A stretch of DNA of 64,000 nucleotides from Dehalococcoidia bacterium. Lineage in GTDB: Bacteria > Chloroflexota > Dehalococcoidia > DSTF01 > JACRBR01. Position 1 is the first letter of the stretch. Every line of letters starts with the position of its first letter. The notes beneath the pieces were generated by a model. The model was not told the DNA's origin. It saw nothing but the letters and a program-made list of their open reading frames with translations, and ran no database searches. The position numbers were made by a program, and so were the translations under genes. Where the stretch lies: the NCBI GenBank assembly GCA_021462855.1, contig JAJTXQ010000014.1, positions 42,042 through 106,041 of the forward strand, written 5' to 3'. Positions 49,665-59,412 of this stretch are shown one piece after another.

Positions 49665-50813
49665 ATGGCATCGCGCGGCGCGCCCGCTGACGGCAGCAAG
49701 CACTGGCGCACGCTCTCGCTCAGTCCCGGCGCGCCCGAGTGCGTGATCCGCGCCGCGCACCGCTACTACATCGAGTTGCACCACCCGGACCGTGGCGGCG
49801 ACGTCGCCGCGGCGCAGAGGATCAACGTCGCGAACGACGAGCTGCGAGACGCCGGGGCGAATGCCAACGAGTACGTCGCGGCGAACTTCAACGGCGAACC
49901 GTGGCTCGTGCTCGGCCTCGCCGCCAATGCGCCCAAGGAGCTCGCCGAGCGGGCGAGCCGCGCGCTCGCGCGCGAGCTGAACGAGCATCGCCGGCTCGCC
50001 GAGCGCGTCGCGTGGGCGGCCGAGCACTTCGGGCGCGCGGCGCGCGTGCGCATCCGCCCCGCGACGCCGCCGCCGCCACCGCGCCCGGAGCCCTCGCCGA
50101 AGCCGCGCCCGCCTGCCGTGCCCGGCATCCCCGAGGGGCTGGCGAGCAACGTCCATCTCGGCACGCTGCCTTGGGGCGCCGGCGTCTCCCACGACATCCG
50201 CCTCACCTGGCGCGAACACGCACCCTACGGCGTGCGCGCCGAGACGTCGGGCGCGTTGCGGGCCGAGGTCAACGAGTCGCGCGCGGTGCCGGGCCGGTTC
50301 GTGGTGTCGCTCTCCATCGACTGGGGCGCGATCCCGCCGCCCGACAGCCCGCGCAGCGCGGCATTCGTAGAGTCGGTGCGCCTGGCATGGGGCGGCGGAG
50401 GGAGCGCGACGATCCACGTGCACGCCACCCTGCAACGTCCGCCGGCGATCACCGCACAGCCCGCCGAGATCGACATGGGCACGACGACGCGCGGACAGCC
50501 GGCGCGCGCCACGCTCGTGCTCACGAGCACCGCCATGGCGACGGCGCACGTCTCATGCTCGGCCTGGCTCAAGCGCGTGGATGCCGCAGGACGCGAGGTC
50601 GATGAAGATGTGCGGCTGCGCGCCGATACGCCGGTCCGCCTCTCGTTCGCGGTCGACTGGGCGCCGATCGACGATCGCGCGAAGCGGTGGCCCGTGCGGC
50701 CGACCGGCAAGATCACGGTCCGCTGGAGCGACGGGACGATCGATGTGCCGGTGCAGATGGTAGCCAACGATGCCCGCGCGCCGGTGTCCGCGCGCCCTTC
50801 GACGCGGCGCTAG
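49665..50813 (+). CDS. J-domain (HPD) protein with Pro-rich linker and beta-rich C-terminal domain of unknown function
   Basis: YYIELHHPDRGGD J-domain motif; PPPPPRPEPSPKPRPP linker; ~230-aa C-terminal domain with no recognisable motif. Confidence 0.55.
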   Translation: MASRGAPADGSKHWRTLSLSPGAPECVIRAAHRYYIELHHPDRGGDVAAAQRINVANDELRDAGANANEYVAANFNGEPWLVLGLAANAPKELAERASRALARELNEHRRLAERVAWAAEHFGRAARVRIRPATPPPPPRPEPSPKPRPPAVPGIPEGLASNVHLGTLPWGAGVSHDIRLTWREHAPYGVRAETSGALRAEVNESRAVPGRFVVSLSIDWGAIPPPDSPRSAAFVESVRLAWGGGGSATIHVHATLQRPPAITAQPAEIDMGTTTRGQPARATLVLTSTAMATAHVSCSAWLKRVDAAGREVDEDVRLRADTPVRLSFAVDWAPIDDRAKRWPVRPTGKITVRWSDGTIDVPVQMVANDARAPVSARPSTRR

Positions 50814-51577
50814 AAGTAGTTGACGCTGATGCCGCCGTCCACGACGAACTCCGCGCCCGTCATCCAGGCCGACTCATCCGAGGCGAGGTACATCGCCGCG
50901 TAGACGATGTCCTCGGGCAGCCCGAAGCGGCCGAGCGGGATGCGGTTCAGCCGCTTCATCTTCTCCTCCTCGTTCGGAAAGAGGTCCGCGAGCAGCGGCG
51001 TGAGGATCGGCCCGGGACAGATGGCGTTGACGCGCACGTGGTTGCGCCCGAACTGCACCGCGAGCGACTTCGTCAGCGCCAGCACGGCGCCCTTGCTCGC
51101 CGTATACGCATCCTGCGGAACCGTGCAGCCGACGAGCGCGACGAACGACGCGATGTTGACCACCGACCCGCCGCCCGCGCGCACGATCTCCGGGATGCCA
51201 TGCTTGCAGCACAGCATGACGCCTTTGAGGTTCACGTCGAGCGTGCGGTGGTAGGTGGCTTCGTCCATTTCCAGCACGCCGCGGTCGGCATCGGGGAAGA
51301 TGCCGGCGTTGTTGTACAGCACGTGCAGCGCGCCGAACCGCGCGACGCCCTCGCGCACCCAGCGCGCGACGTCGGCCTCTCGCGTTACATCGCCGGAGAG
51401 CGGCAGCACGTTGCCGTGCGCGCCCTCCGCGACGAGTGCGGCCGTCGCGGCGAGCCCCTCCTCGTTCACGTCGGTCGCGATGATGCTCGCGCCCTCCCTC
51501 GCGAACATCACGCTCGCGACGCGGCCCATGCCGCTGCCCGCGCCCGTGATCAGCGCCGTCTTTCCTGCGAGTCGCAT
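50810..51577 (-). CDS. SDR family oxidoreductase
   Basis: TGAGSGMG Rossmann motif, NNAG, and catalytic YTASK (YxxxK). Confidence 0.85.
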   Translation of the reverse strand: MRLAGKTALITGAGSGMGRVASVMFAREGASIIATDVNEEGLAATAALVAEGAHGNVLPLSGDVTREADVARWVREGVARFGALHVLYNNAGIFPDADRGVLEMDEATYHRTLDVNLKGVMLCCKHGIPEIVRAGGGSVVNIASFVALVGCTVPQDAYTASKGAVLALTKSLAVQFGRNHVRVNAICPGPILTPLLADLFPNEEEKMKRLNRIPLGRFGLPEDIVYAAMYLASDESAWMTGAEFVVDGGISVNYF

Positions 51578-51723
51578 GCATCCCCCTCACATCCCGCGGA
51601 AGCGCCCGCCCCGCTCCGATCGTAGCGGCTCCGCGGCGTGCGTCCACCGCGCCGCTGACGCTTGACGGTGATGGCGGCTCGCCCTATCATTCCGCACAGA
51701 CGTTCTAAATTGCGAAGGACCGC

Positions 51724-52587
51724 ATGCCCGCCTACCACCGCCTCGGCGCCCTGCACCTCGCCGTCATCTCCGATGGCACGTACTACCAGGACGCGGGCGC
51801 GGTCTTCGGCATCGTGCCGCGCGTGATGTGGGAACGTCTCGGCATCGAGATGAACGCCCGGTACCAGATGGCGCTCGGCCTGAACTCGCTGCTCGTCCGC
51901 TCCGGCGGCAAGACAGTGCTCATCGAGACCGGCGTCGGCGAGAAGGAGCGGCCGCTCGCGCAGACCGAGCGGCCAGCCGGCACGCTGCTCGACGGACTGC
52001 GAGACGCCGGCGTCGCGCCGGAAGATGTCGACATCGTCATTAACTCCCACCTGCATGCCGACCACTGCGGCTGGAACACGCGCGCCGCCGGCGACGGCTT
52101 CGTGCCGACGTTTCCGCGCGCGCGATACATCATCCAGCGCGCAGAGTGGGAGGCGGCGACGCACCCGAACGAGCGCACGCGCGCAACGTACCTCGCCGAG
52201 AACATGCTGCCGCTCCAGGCGTCCGGCCAGCTCGAACTCGCCGACGGCGAGCTGCAGATCACGGACGAGATCACGCTGATCCCCACGTTCGGGCACTCGA
52301 TGGGACATGCGAGCGTCGTGCTCGCCTCGGGCGGCGAGTCGGCGGTGTACGTCGGCGACATGATCCAGCACCCCGTGCAGCTCGAGCGCGCCGCCTGGGT
52401 GTCATCGTTCGACATCTACCCGCTCGAAGCGATGGAGACGAAGAAGGCGGTCGTCGGCCGCGCGATCGACGAGCAGCAGCTCGTGATCGCCGTGCACGCG
52501 GATTACCCCGGCCTCGGCCGCATGTCCGAGGCCGGCGGCAAGCGAACGTGGACGCCGGTAGAACCGAACGGGGAGCGTGCGCCATGA
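51724..52587 (+). CDS. MBL-fold metallo-hydrolase
   Basis: HLHADHCGW (HxHxDH) motif. Confidence 0.8.
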   Translation: MPAYHRLGALHLAVISDGTYYQDAGAVFGIVPRVMWERLGIEMNARYQMALGLNSLLVRSGGKTVLIETGVGEKERPLAQTERPAGTLLDGLRDAGVAPEDVDIVINSHLHADHCGWNTRAAGDGFVPTFPRARYIIQRAEWEAATHPNERTRATYLAENMLPLQASGQLELADGELQITDEITLIPTFGHSMGHASVVLASGGESAVYVGDMIQHPVQLERAAWVSSFDIYPLEAMETKKAVVGRAIDEQQLVIAVHADYPGLGRMSEAGGKRTWTPVEPNGERAP

Positions 52588-54431
52588 TCCAGCTCTATGA
52601 CTGGCAGCGCGAGGCGATCGACGCGCTGGTCAGCGGTCCGGGGCGCGTCCTCGTCGTCGCGCCGACCGGTGGCGGCAAGAGCATGTGCTACCAGCAGCCC
52701 GCCGTCGACCTCGACGGCGTGGCGATCGTCATCTCGCCGCTCGTCGCGCTCATGGCGGACCAGGTCGCGGCGCTCGAAGCACGCGGGGTAGCGGCGACGT
52801 ACCTCGCATCGACCAACGACCCGGAGGAGAACCGCCGCCGCGCGGACAGCGCGCTGCGAGGCGAGGTAAAGCTGCTGTACATCGCGCCGGAGCGGCTCGC
52901 GTCGGAGCGGTTCGTCGAGGAGGTGCTCGCCCGCCTGCCCATCTCGCTGCTCGCCGTCGATGAGGCGCACTGCATCAGCCACTGGGGCCACGACTTCCGC
53001 CCGGACTACCTGCAGATCGGCGCGCTCGTCGAGCGGCTGCGGCCGCGGCGCCTGCTTGCCTGCACAGCGACCGCGACGCCCGTCGTGCGGCACGAGATCA
53101 TCGAGCGGCTGCGCATGGACGGCGCGCACCAGGTGCTGCGCGGGTTCGCGCGCCGCAACCTCGAACTGAGCGTGGCCGAGGTCAGCGGCCCGCGCGCGAA
53201 GGAAGCGCGCATCGCCGATGAAGTGAAGCGTGCGCTCGGCGGCCCGAAGGAAGCGCGCGGCGCGGCGATCATCTACACCAGCCAGCGCCGCCACGCGGAG
53301 GACGCCGCCGAGGCGCTGCGACACCGCGGCTGGCGCTCCGACCACTACCACGCCGGCATGGATGGCGATGCGCGCGCGGCGGTGCAGGCGAAGTTCCAGT
53401 CGCGCGCGCTCGACGTCGTCGCCGCGACGAACGCGTTCGGCATGGGCATCGACCGCGCGGATATCCGCCTCGTGCTGCACCACGCCGTGCCGGAGTCCGT
53501 CGAGGCCTACTACCAGGAGGTCGGCCGCGCGGGCCGCGACGGCGAACCGGCCAGCGGCGTCCTGTTCGTCAGTGACCCGGACATCTCCTGGCGGTTCAAG
53601 CTCATCGCCTCTGATGTCGCGCTTGACCCGCAGCGAGCGCTCCGTCACCGCGACCTGCTGCGCTCGATCGTCGCCTATGCGACGACATCGGCGTGCCGGC
53701 ACGACGCCATCCTGCGCTACTTCGAGGACGATGCCGAGGCGCTCGGCGGCTGCGGCCACTGCGACAACTGCCGCGCCCGCGCCGCCGGCACGCTCGCGGA
53801 TGACCTCGACGCCGTCGCGTCGACGGCCACCGTGCGCGCCACGCTCGACGCGGTCCGCGCGCTGCCGTTCGCCGTCGGCGCGGGCACGCTCGGCGCGTGG
53901 CTGCTCGGCGACCCGTCGGCCGCCGTGCGAAAACACGAATGGGAGAAGCGCGCCGGATTCGGCACGCTCCGCGCATACCGCGAACCGCAGGTCGCGCGCA
54001 TCCTGCGCCGGTTCGTCGCCGAGGGCCTGTTCGCCGTCGATCCCGAGCACAGCACGCTGCGCATCACGCGCCGCGGCGTCGACGTCGCTGGCGGCCGCCG
54101 CGACAACGGCGTCGAGTTGCCGCAGCCCGGGGCGACGGTGCGCCAGGCGAGCGCCAACACGGGCGAGCGCGCGCCGGTTGCGCTCGACGGTCACGGCCTC
54201 GCGCTGTTCGACCGGCTCAAGCAGTGGCGCGCCGCCCGCGCCGCCGCCGACGACGTGCCCCCCTACGTCATCTTCCACGACGCGACGCTCCGCGCCATCG
54301 CCGACGAACGGCCAGCCGATGACGGCGCGCTGCTCGGCATCAGCGGCGTCGGGCCGCGCAAGGTCGAACGCTACGCCGCCGACGTGCTCGCCCTCATCCG
54401 CGACGCCGCTCCCGCAACGGCGACCGCCTGA
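52584..54431 (+). CDS. recQ: RecQ-family ATP-dependent DNA helicase
   Basis: APTGGGKSMCYQ (motif I), DEAHCISHWGHDFRPDY (DEAH), zinc-binding CRHDAILRYF...CGHCDNC, and a C-terminal HRDC-like region. ATGA overlap with the MBL stop. Confidence 0.9.
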   Translation: MIQLYDWQREAIDALVSGPGRVLVVAPTGGGKSMCYQQPAVDLDGVAIVISPLVALMADQVAALEARGVAATYLASTNDPEENRRRADSALRGEVKLLYIAPERLASERFVEEVLARLPISLLAVDEAHCISHWGHDFRPDYLQIGALVERLRPRRLLACTATATPVVRHEIIERLRMDGAHQVLRGFARRNLELSVAEVSGPRAKEARIADEVKRALGGPKEARGAAIIYTSQRRHAEDAAEALRHRGWRSDHYHAGMDGDARAAVQAKFQSRALDVVAATNAFGMGIDRADIRLVLHHAVPESVEAYYQEVGRAGRDGEPASGVLFVSDPDISWRFKLIASDVALDPQRALRHRDLLRSIVAYATTSACRHDAILRYFEDDAEALGGCGHCDNCRARAAGTLADDLDAVASTATVRATLDAVRALPFAVGAGTLGAWLLGDPSAAVRKHEWEKRAGFGTLRAYREPQVARILRRFVAEGLFAVDPEHSTLRITRRGVDVAGGRRDNGVELPQPGATVRQASANTGERAPVALDGHGLALFDRLKQWRAARAAADDVPPYVIFHDATLRAIADERPADDGALLGISGVGPRKVERYAADVLALIRDAAPATATA

Positions 54432-54490
54432 CGCGCTGCGCTATCATCCGCTGATCCGGCGCCAGCAGCGCCGGACGGGGGAGGATATCC

Positions 54491-55780
54491 GTGCGCATGC
54501 CGTCGGGCGCGCTCTGGCGCAACACCGACTTCATCCGGCTGTGGGCCGCGCAAACGATCTCCGTCTTCGGCACGATGATCACGGGCACGGCGCTGCCGTT
54601 CACCGCGATCCTCACGCTCGATGCGACGCCGCTGCACATCGCGCTGCTGCAGGCGAGCCGGATCGTGCCCGCGATCGCGATCGCGCCGTTCGCCGGCGTG
54701 TGGGTCGACCGCCTCCCTCGCCGCCCGCTGATGATGGCCGCAGACCTCGGCCGCGCGGCCATCCTCGCCACGGTGCCGCTTGCGTGGGCATTCGACGCAC
54801 TGACGATCGAGCAGCTGTACGCCGTGTCGTTCGGCGCCGGCGTCCTGACCATGTTCTTCGACGTCGCGTTCCGCTCGTTCCTCCCGGCGATCGTCGAGCG
54901 CGACGAACTGCTCGACGCCAACAGCAAGCTCACGGCGTCGAGCGCGGTCGCCGAGTTCGGCGGGTTCTCGGTCAGCGGCTGGCTCGTGCAGCTGCTCGCC
55001 GGCCCACTCGCGATCCTCGCCGATGCCTGCTCGTTTGTCGCATCGGCGGCATTCCTGCGCACGATCCGCCGCGCCGAGCCGCCGGCCGACCGCAGCACCG
55101 CCGAGTCGGTGTGGGACGAAGCCGCGGACGGGTTCCGTGCCGTCGCGTCGAGCGGGGTGCTGCGGACGATCGCCGCGATCACGGCGATCTATTCGGCCGC
55201 GTTCGGCATGTTCGGCGCCGTGTTCCTCGTGTTCGCCACGCGCGAGCTCGGATTCGGCACGGGCGTCCTCGGCATGATCTTCGCCGTCGGCGGCGTGAGC
55301 TCGCTCGCCGGCGCGCTGCTTGCGGGCCGCGCCGCCCGCGTGCTCGGCGTCGGGCCGTCGATGGCGGCGGGGGTGCTGTTCATGGGGCTGTCGATGCTGC
55401 TTGCCCCGGCGGCGCAGGGCGCGACGCTCGTCGCCGCCGCGCTGCTGCTCGCCCAGCAAGTCACCGGCGACGGTATGTTCACCGTCTTCCAGGTCAACGA
55501 GATGAGTCTCCGCCAGTCCGTCACCGACGGCCGGATGCTTGGGCGCATCAACGCATTCATGGGGATCATGGAGCAGGCGTTCCTGCTCGCCGGCACGCTG
55601 GCCGGCGGCGCGCTCGGCGAAACGCTCGGCCTGCGCCCGACGCTCGTCACCGCCGCATGCGCGCTGACCGCCGGCGCGGCGATGCTGTACGCATCGCCCG
55701 TGCGCGCGGTACGGAGCGCGTACGTCGCGGCGGAGGTCACGCAGTGCGCGCCGGCCGCCGGCGGCGGACCACCGTCCTAG
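54491..55780 (+). CDS. MFS transporter
   Basis: 12 TM, DRLPRRPLMM-type motif A (GxxxDRxGRR-like) between TM2 and TM3. Confidence 0.8.
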   Translation: MRMPSGALWRNTDFIRLWAAQTISVFGTMITGTALPFTAILTLDATPLHIALLQASRIVPAIAIAPFAGVWVDRLPRRPLMMAADLGRAAILATVPLAWAFDALTIEQLYAVSFGAGVLTMFFDVAFRSFLPAIVERDELLDANSKLTASSAVAEFGGFSVSGWLVQLLAGPLAILADACSFVASAAFLRTIRRAEPPADRSTAESVWDEAADGFRAVASSGVLRTIAAITAIYSAAFGMFGAVFLVFATRELGFGTGVLGMIFAVGGVSSLAGALLAGRAARVLGVGPSMAAGVLFMGLSMLLAPAAQGATLVAAALLLAQQVTGDGMFTVFQVNEMSLRQSVTDGRMLGRINAFMGIMEQAFLLAGTLAGGALGETLGLRPTLVTAACALTAGAAMLYASPVRAVRSAYVAAEVTQCAPAAGGGPPS

Positions 55781-56154
55781 TTCTGCACGCCTGACTGGAG
55801 CAGCACGCCGTTGTGGATCAGGAACGACCGGACCGTGTTACCCCACTTGGCTTTGCGGATCCGCGAACCCTCCATCGCCGCCTGCCACACGTCGATGAGG
55901 CCGACGTAGCGCTCGCGGCCCTTGACGCGGATGCGCTTCTCTCCGTCCTTGATCATCGTCGTTTCCTTGATGATCTGGTCGGGGTCGCGGTTGATGTGCC
56001 GGCAGAACGCCTCGAGCATCGGCAGGCGCTCCGGGTCGTCGTTCGCCGGATCGCCACCCCAGTGCTGCTGCAGGCCGCGCAGCCACTCACGCACCGTCGC
56101 GTACTCCTGCAGCGGGCGCAGTTCGACAGGCTGTTCGGTTGTCTCTTCGGCCAT
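55777..56154 (-). CDS. hypothetical protein
   Basis: 125-aa ORF with good GC3 bias; ATG 56154 lies 2 nt after the nitroreductase stop; no recognisable motif. Confidence 0.4.
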   Translation of the reverse strand: MAEETTEQPVELRPLQEYATVREWLRGLQQHWGGDPANDDPERLPMLEAFCRHINRDPDQIIKETTMIKDGEKRIRVKGRERYVGLIDVWQAAMEGSRIRKAKWGNTVRSFLIHNGVLLQSGVQN

Positions 56155-56156
56155 CG

Positions 56157-56945
56157 CTACATCGGCAGGCCGTACTTGTCGGCCAGCTTCTTGATCTCCT
56201 CGATGCGCGCCGGGTCGTTCGGCTTCGCCGGCTCCTGGATCATCTTCGCCGCCTTCAGTTCGGCCACGACCTTGTCGTCGCGCTTGAACGGCTTGCCGTA
56301 CGCGCCTTCGAAGTACATCTCCTCGAACGGCGGGCGCGGCCGCTGGCCGCCGCCATCCGCCCGCTCGGACGGGTAACCGACGAGGATCGTCGAGAGCGGG
56401 ATCCAGTCGTCGGGCGTCTTGAACACTTCCTTGAGCACGGCGCCATTCAGCGTCACGAATCCCACGCCGAGGCCTTCATCGACTCCGGTGAGCAGCGCCT
56501 GGCAGGCAGCGACGCCAACATCGAATGTCGAGGTCACCTGGTAGAACGGGCTGCCCGTCAGGGGCTTGAGGATCTGCGGGTACACGAACTCGTCAACGAA
56601 CTTGTGGCTCCAGCCGTGCGTCGGCGCCAGCGCGCCCACGTCGACCAGCTCCTTGAGCCGCGAACCCTGGATCCGGTTGACGATCCCGAGGTCGTTGAAG
56701 AGGTGGATGTGCACCGGCGCCAGCTCGACGTTGAGCGCGGCGACCGGCGTCAGCAGCCGCTTCAACTGGTCCTCGGCCAGGTCGTCGCGGAACCCGACGA
56801 TGGCGCGCGCCCAGTGCGCGTTGACGGCGCACGACGACAGCCGCATCGCCTCGAGCATCTTCTGAATCTTCTCGCGCTCCACGGGCCGATCCGGGTCGAA
56901 GAACCGGATCGAGCGGCGCGAGCCGATCACTTCCTTGAATTCCAT
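56157..56945 (-). CDS. nitroreductase family protein
   Basis: MEFKEVIGSRRSIRFF FMN-nitroreductase N-terminal signature. ATG 56945 with GGAGG SD; the track ORF is extended at the 5' end. Confidence 0.8.
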   Translation of the reverse strand: MEFKEVIGSRRSIRFFDPDRPVEREKIQKMLEAMRLSSCAVNAHWARAIVGFRDDLAEDQLKRLLTPVAALNVELAPVHIHLFNDLGIVNRIQGSRLKELVDVGALAPTHGWSHKFVDEFVYPQILKPLTGSPFYQVTSTFDVGVAACQALLTGVDEGLGVGFVTLNGAVLKEVFKTPDDWIPLSTILVGYPSERADGGGQRPRPPFEEMYFEGAYGKPFKRDDKVVAELKAAKMIQEPAKPNDPARIEEIKKLADKYGLPM

Positions 56946-57100
56946 GGCGCCTCCACATTGCTGCTGGCCTGTTCCGGCCCGGGAATTGTCCGGCACGCTT
57001 CCGCAAGGCGCCAGAGCCAATTGGCCGCCCCCCGGCGTGGAACCAAACGCCCGCGTGTGCGACGCTTCGGCAGCACGAGCGCCGGCGCGAGGAGGCAGCG

Positions 57101-57910
57101 ATGCACGAACAGATCCTGTACGAAAAGAGCGATGGCGTGGCGGTCATCACGCTCAACCGCCCGGAGCGCATGAACGCCTTCACCGACGTGATGATCCGCG
57201 AGTGGGCTGCCGCGCTCGAGGACGCGCGCCTCGACCCCGCCGTGCGCGTCGTCGTGGTTACGGGCGCCGGGCGCGGGTTCTGCGCCGGCGCCGACCTGCG
57301 CGGCGGCGCCGGCGTCGGCGAGGCGGCGAGCGGCGAGCGGCCGCCGGCGGCCTCCGAGCGCCGCAACTGGCTGCGCGATGGCGTGCACTACGTCCCGCGG
57401 GCCGTGCAGCTGCTGGACAAGCCGTACATCGCCGCAGTCAATGGCGCGGCCGTCGGCGCCGGCATGGACATGGCGACCATGGCAGACCTGCGGTTCGCGT
57501 CCGACGCGGCGAAGTTCGCGATGTCGTACGTGAAGGTCGGGCTCGTGCCGGGCGACGGCGGCTGCTACACGCTGCCCCGCGTCGTCGGGCTGGCGAAGGC
57601 GCTGGAGCTGATCTGGACCGGCGACTTCGTCGACGCCGCCGAAGCGCTCCGCATCGGGTACGTGTCGCGCGTCGTCCCGGGCGATCAGCTCATGGACGAG
57701 ACGCTGGCGTTCGCCCGCCGCCTGGCGGCAGGGCCCGCCGTGGCGATGCAACTCGCGAAGGGGCTGGTGTACCGCGGCCTGAACGCCGACTGGCACGAGG
57801 CATTCGAACAGGCGGGCATTGCCATGTCGATCGCGCAGTCGACCGAGGACGCCCGCGAGGGCCCGCGCGCCTTCGTCGAGAACCGCCCGCCAAAGTTCCA
57901 GGGGCGCTGA
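57101..57910 (+). CDS. enoyl-CoA hydratase/isomerase (crotonase) family
   Basis: ITLNRPERMNAF and GAGRGFCAGADL oxyanion-hole motifs; GAGGAGG SD. Confidence 0.85.
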   Translation: MHEQILYEKSDGVAVITLNRPERMNAFTDVMIREWAAALEDARLDPAVRVVVVTGAGRGFCAGADLRGGAGVGEAASGERPPAASERRNWLRDGVHYVPRAVQLLDKPYIAAVNGAAVGAGMDMATMADLRFASDAAKFAMSYVKVGLVPGDGGCYTLPRVVGLAKALELIWTGDFVDAAEALRIGYVSRVVPGDQLMDETLAFARRLAAGPAVAMQLAKGLVYRGLNADWHEAFEQAGIAMSIAQSTEDAREGPRAFVENRPPKFQGR

Positions 57911-58052
57911 CCGCGGCACGCGCCCGCCTGGTCCGATCGCACCATTTCGGCGCGCCGCACCCGCGCGCTACGCTGTCCTCGGTAAAGTTCTCGTAACTTG
58001 ACCGTGCCGCGCGCCGGAGCGTACGGTACATGAAACTTAGCCGGAGGCTACG

Positions 58053-59405
58053 ATGCGGGTGCGTGTGTTCGAAGTCCTGGAGGAGCGCGGCCAGAAGCAA
58101 CGCTGGCTCCTCGCCGAGCTCGAACGCCGCGGCTACCGCATCAGCGAGGGCTACCTCTCCCAGATCAAGGCCGGCTCGAAGCAGCCCGGCCGCCAGTTCA
58201 TCGACGCGGTGTGCGACATCATGGGCATGCCGGAGCACGAGCTGTTCATCACGCAACGCGAAGGAGGAGCGAGCAGCATGGCAGGAAAGACCGCCGCAAC
58301 GACACCGGCACGAGCGCGGAAGAAGGACGGCAAGGGCAAGATCAACGTCGCCATCATTGGCGTCGGGAACTGCGCGTCGTCGCTCGTGCAGGGCCGCTAC
58401 TTCTACCGCGACGCGCGCGATGGCGAGGTCATCCCCGGCATCATGCACGCCACGCTCGGCGGCTATCACATCAGCGACATCAACTTCGTCGCGGCGATCG
58501 ACATCGACGCCAACAAGGTCGGCAAAGACCTCTCCGAGGCGGTCTTTACCGAGCCCAACAACACCTTCAAGTTCAGCGATGTGCCCCACCAGGGCGTCCG
58601 CGTGTCACGCGGGATGACGCACGACGGCCTCGGCAAGTACCTCTCGACGGTCATCACCAAGGCCACCGGCCCCACCGATGACATCGTCCGCCTGCTGAAG
58701 GAGACCGAGACCGACGTCGTCGTCAGCTACCTCCCCGTCGGCTCCGAGGAAGCGACGAAGTGGTACGTCGAGCAGGTGCTCGCGGCCGGCTGCGGTTTCG
58801 TCAACTGCATCCCGGTGTTCATCGCGCGGGATCACTACGGCTACTGGCCAAAGCGCTTCCGCGAGGCCGGCGTGCCGATCGTCGGCGACGACATCAAGTC
58901 GCAGGTCGGCGCGACTATCGTCCACCGGGTGCTGACGCGCCTGTTCCGCGAGCGCGGCGTCCGCCTCGACCGCACGTACCAGCTGAACTTCGGTGGCAAC
59001 ACCGACTTCCTCAACATGCTCGAGCGCGAGCGCCTCGAGTCGAAGAAGATCTCGAAGACCGGCGCCGTCACTTCGCAACTCGACTACGAACTGCCCGCGT
59101 CCGACGTCCACGTCGGTCCCTCGGACCACGTGCCGTGGCTGCAGGACCGCAAGTGGTGCTACATCCGCATGGAGGGCACGACGTTCGGCAACGTCCCGCT
59201 CAACGCCGAGGTCAAGCTCGAGGTCTGGGACAGCCCGAACTCCGCCGGCGTCGTCATCGATGCCATCCGGTGCTGCAAGATCGCCATGGACCGCGGCATC
59301 GCCGGTCCGCTCGAAGGGCCATCGGCCTACTTCATGAAATCGCCGCCGACGCAGTATGCTGACGATGTCGCGCGCGACATGGTGGAGCAGTTCGTAGCGG
59401 GATAA
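58053..59405 (+). CDS. ino1: myo-inositol-1-phosphate synthase (bacterial/archaeal type) with an in-frame N-terminal XRE-type HTH extension; probable internal MIPS start at 58278
   Basis: Residues 1-75 look like a helix-turn-helix ([28 protein letters not shown]). From M76 (MAGKTAA...[19 protein letters not shown]) it is a canonical NAD-binding MIPS. GGAGG SDs precede both ATG 58053 and ATG 58278; no stop lies between them. Confidence 0.8.
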   Translation: MRVRVFEVLEERGQKQRWLLAELERRGYRISEGYLSQIKAGSKQPGRQFIDAVCDIMGMPEHELFITQREGGASSMAGKTAATTPARARKKDGKGKINVAIIGVGNCASSLVQGRYFYRDARDGEVIPGIMHATLGGYHISDINFVAAIDIDANKVGKDLSEAVFTEPNNTFKFSDVPHQGVRVSRGMTHDGLGKYLSTVITKATGPTDDIVRLLKETETDVVVSYLPVGSEEATKWYVEQVLAAGCGFVNCIPVFIARDHYGYWPKRFREAGVPIVGDDIKSQVGATIVHRVLTRLFRERGVRLDRTYQLNFGGNTDFLNMLERERLESKKISKTGAVTSQLDYELPASDVHVGPSDHVPWLQDRKWCYIRMEGTTFGNVPLNAEVKLEVWDSPNSAGVVIDAIRCCKIAMDRGIAGPLEGPSAYFMKSPPTQYADDVARDMVEQFVAG

Positions 59406-59412
59406 AGGAATC

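Noticed and set aside
50874-51665. ORF 50874..51647 (-) and plus-strand ORFs 50687..51625, 51255..51665 over the SDR gene
   Set aside because: The SDR frame (50810..51577) has Rossmann and YxxxK motifs; the others are R-rich shadows.
52146-54431. 5' extension of the recQ track ORF from 52146
   Set aside because: The real start is ATG 52584, which overlaps the MBL stop; the upstream part is the out-of-frame MBL gene.
52503-55459. ORFs 52503..54278 (-), 53230..55794 (+) and 54371..55459 (-)
   Set aside because: Shadow frames over recQ and the MFS transporter.
56927-57996. ORFs 56927..57919 (-) and 56935..57996 (+) over the crotonase
   Set aside because: Shadow frames.
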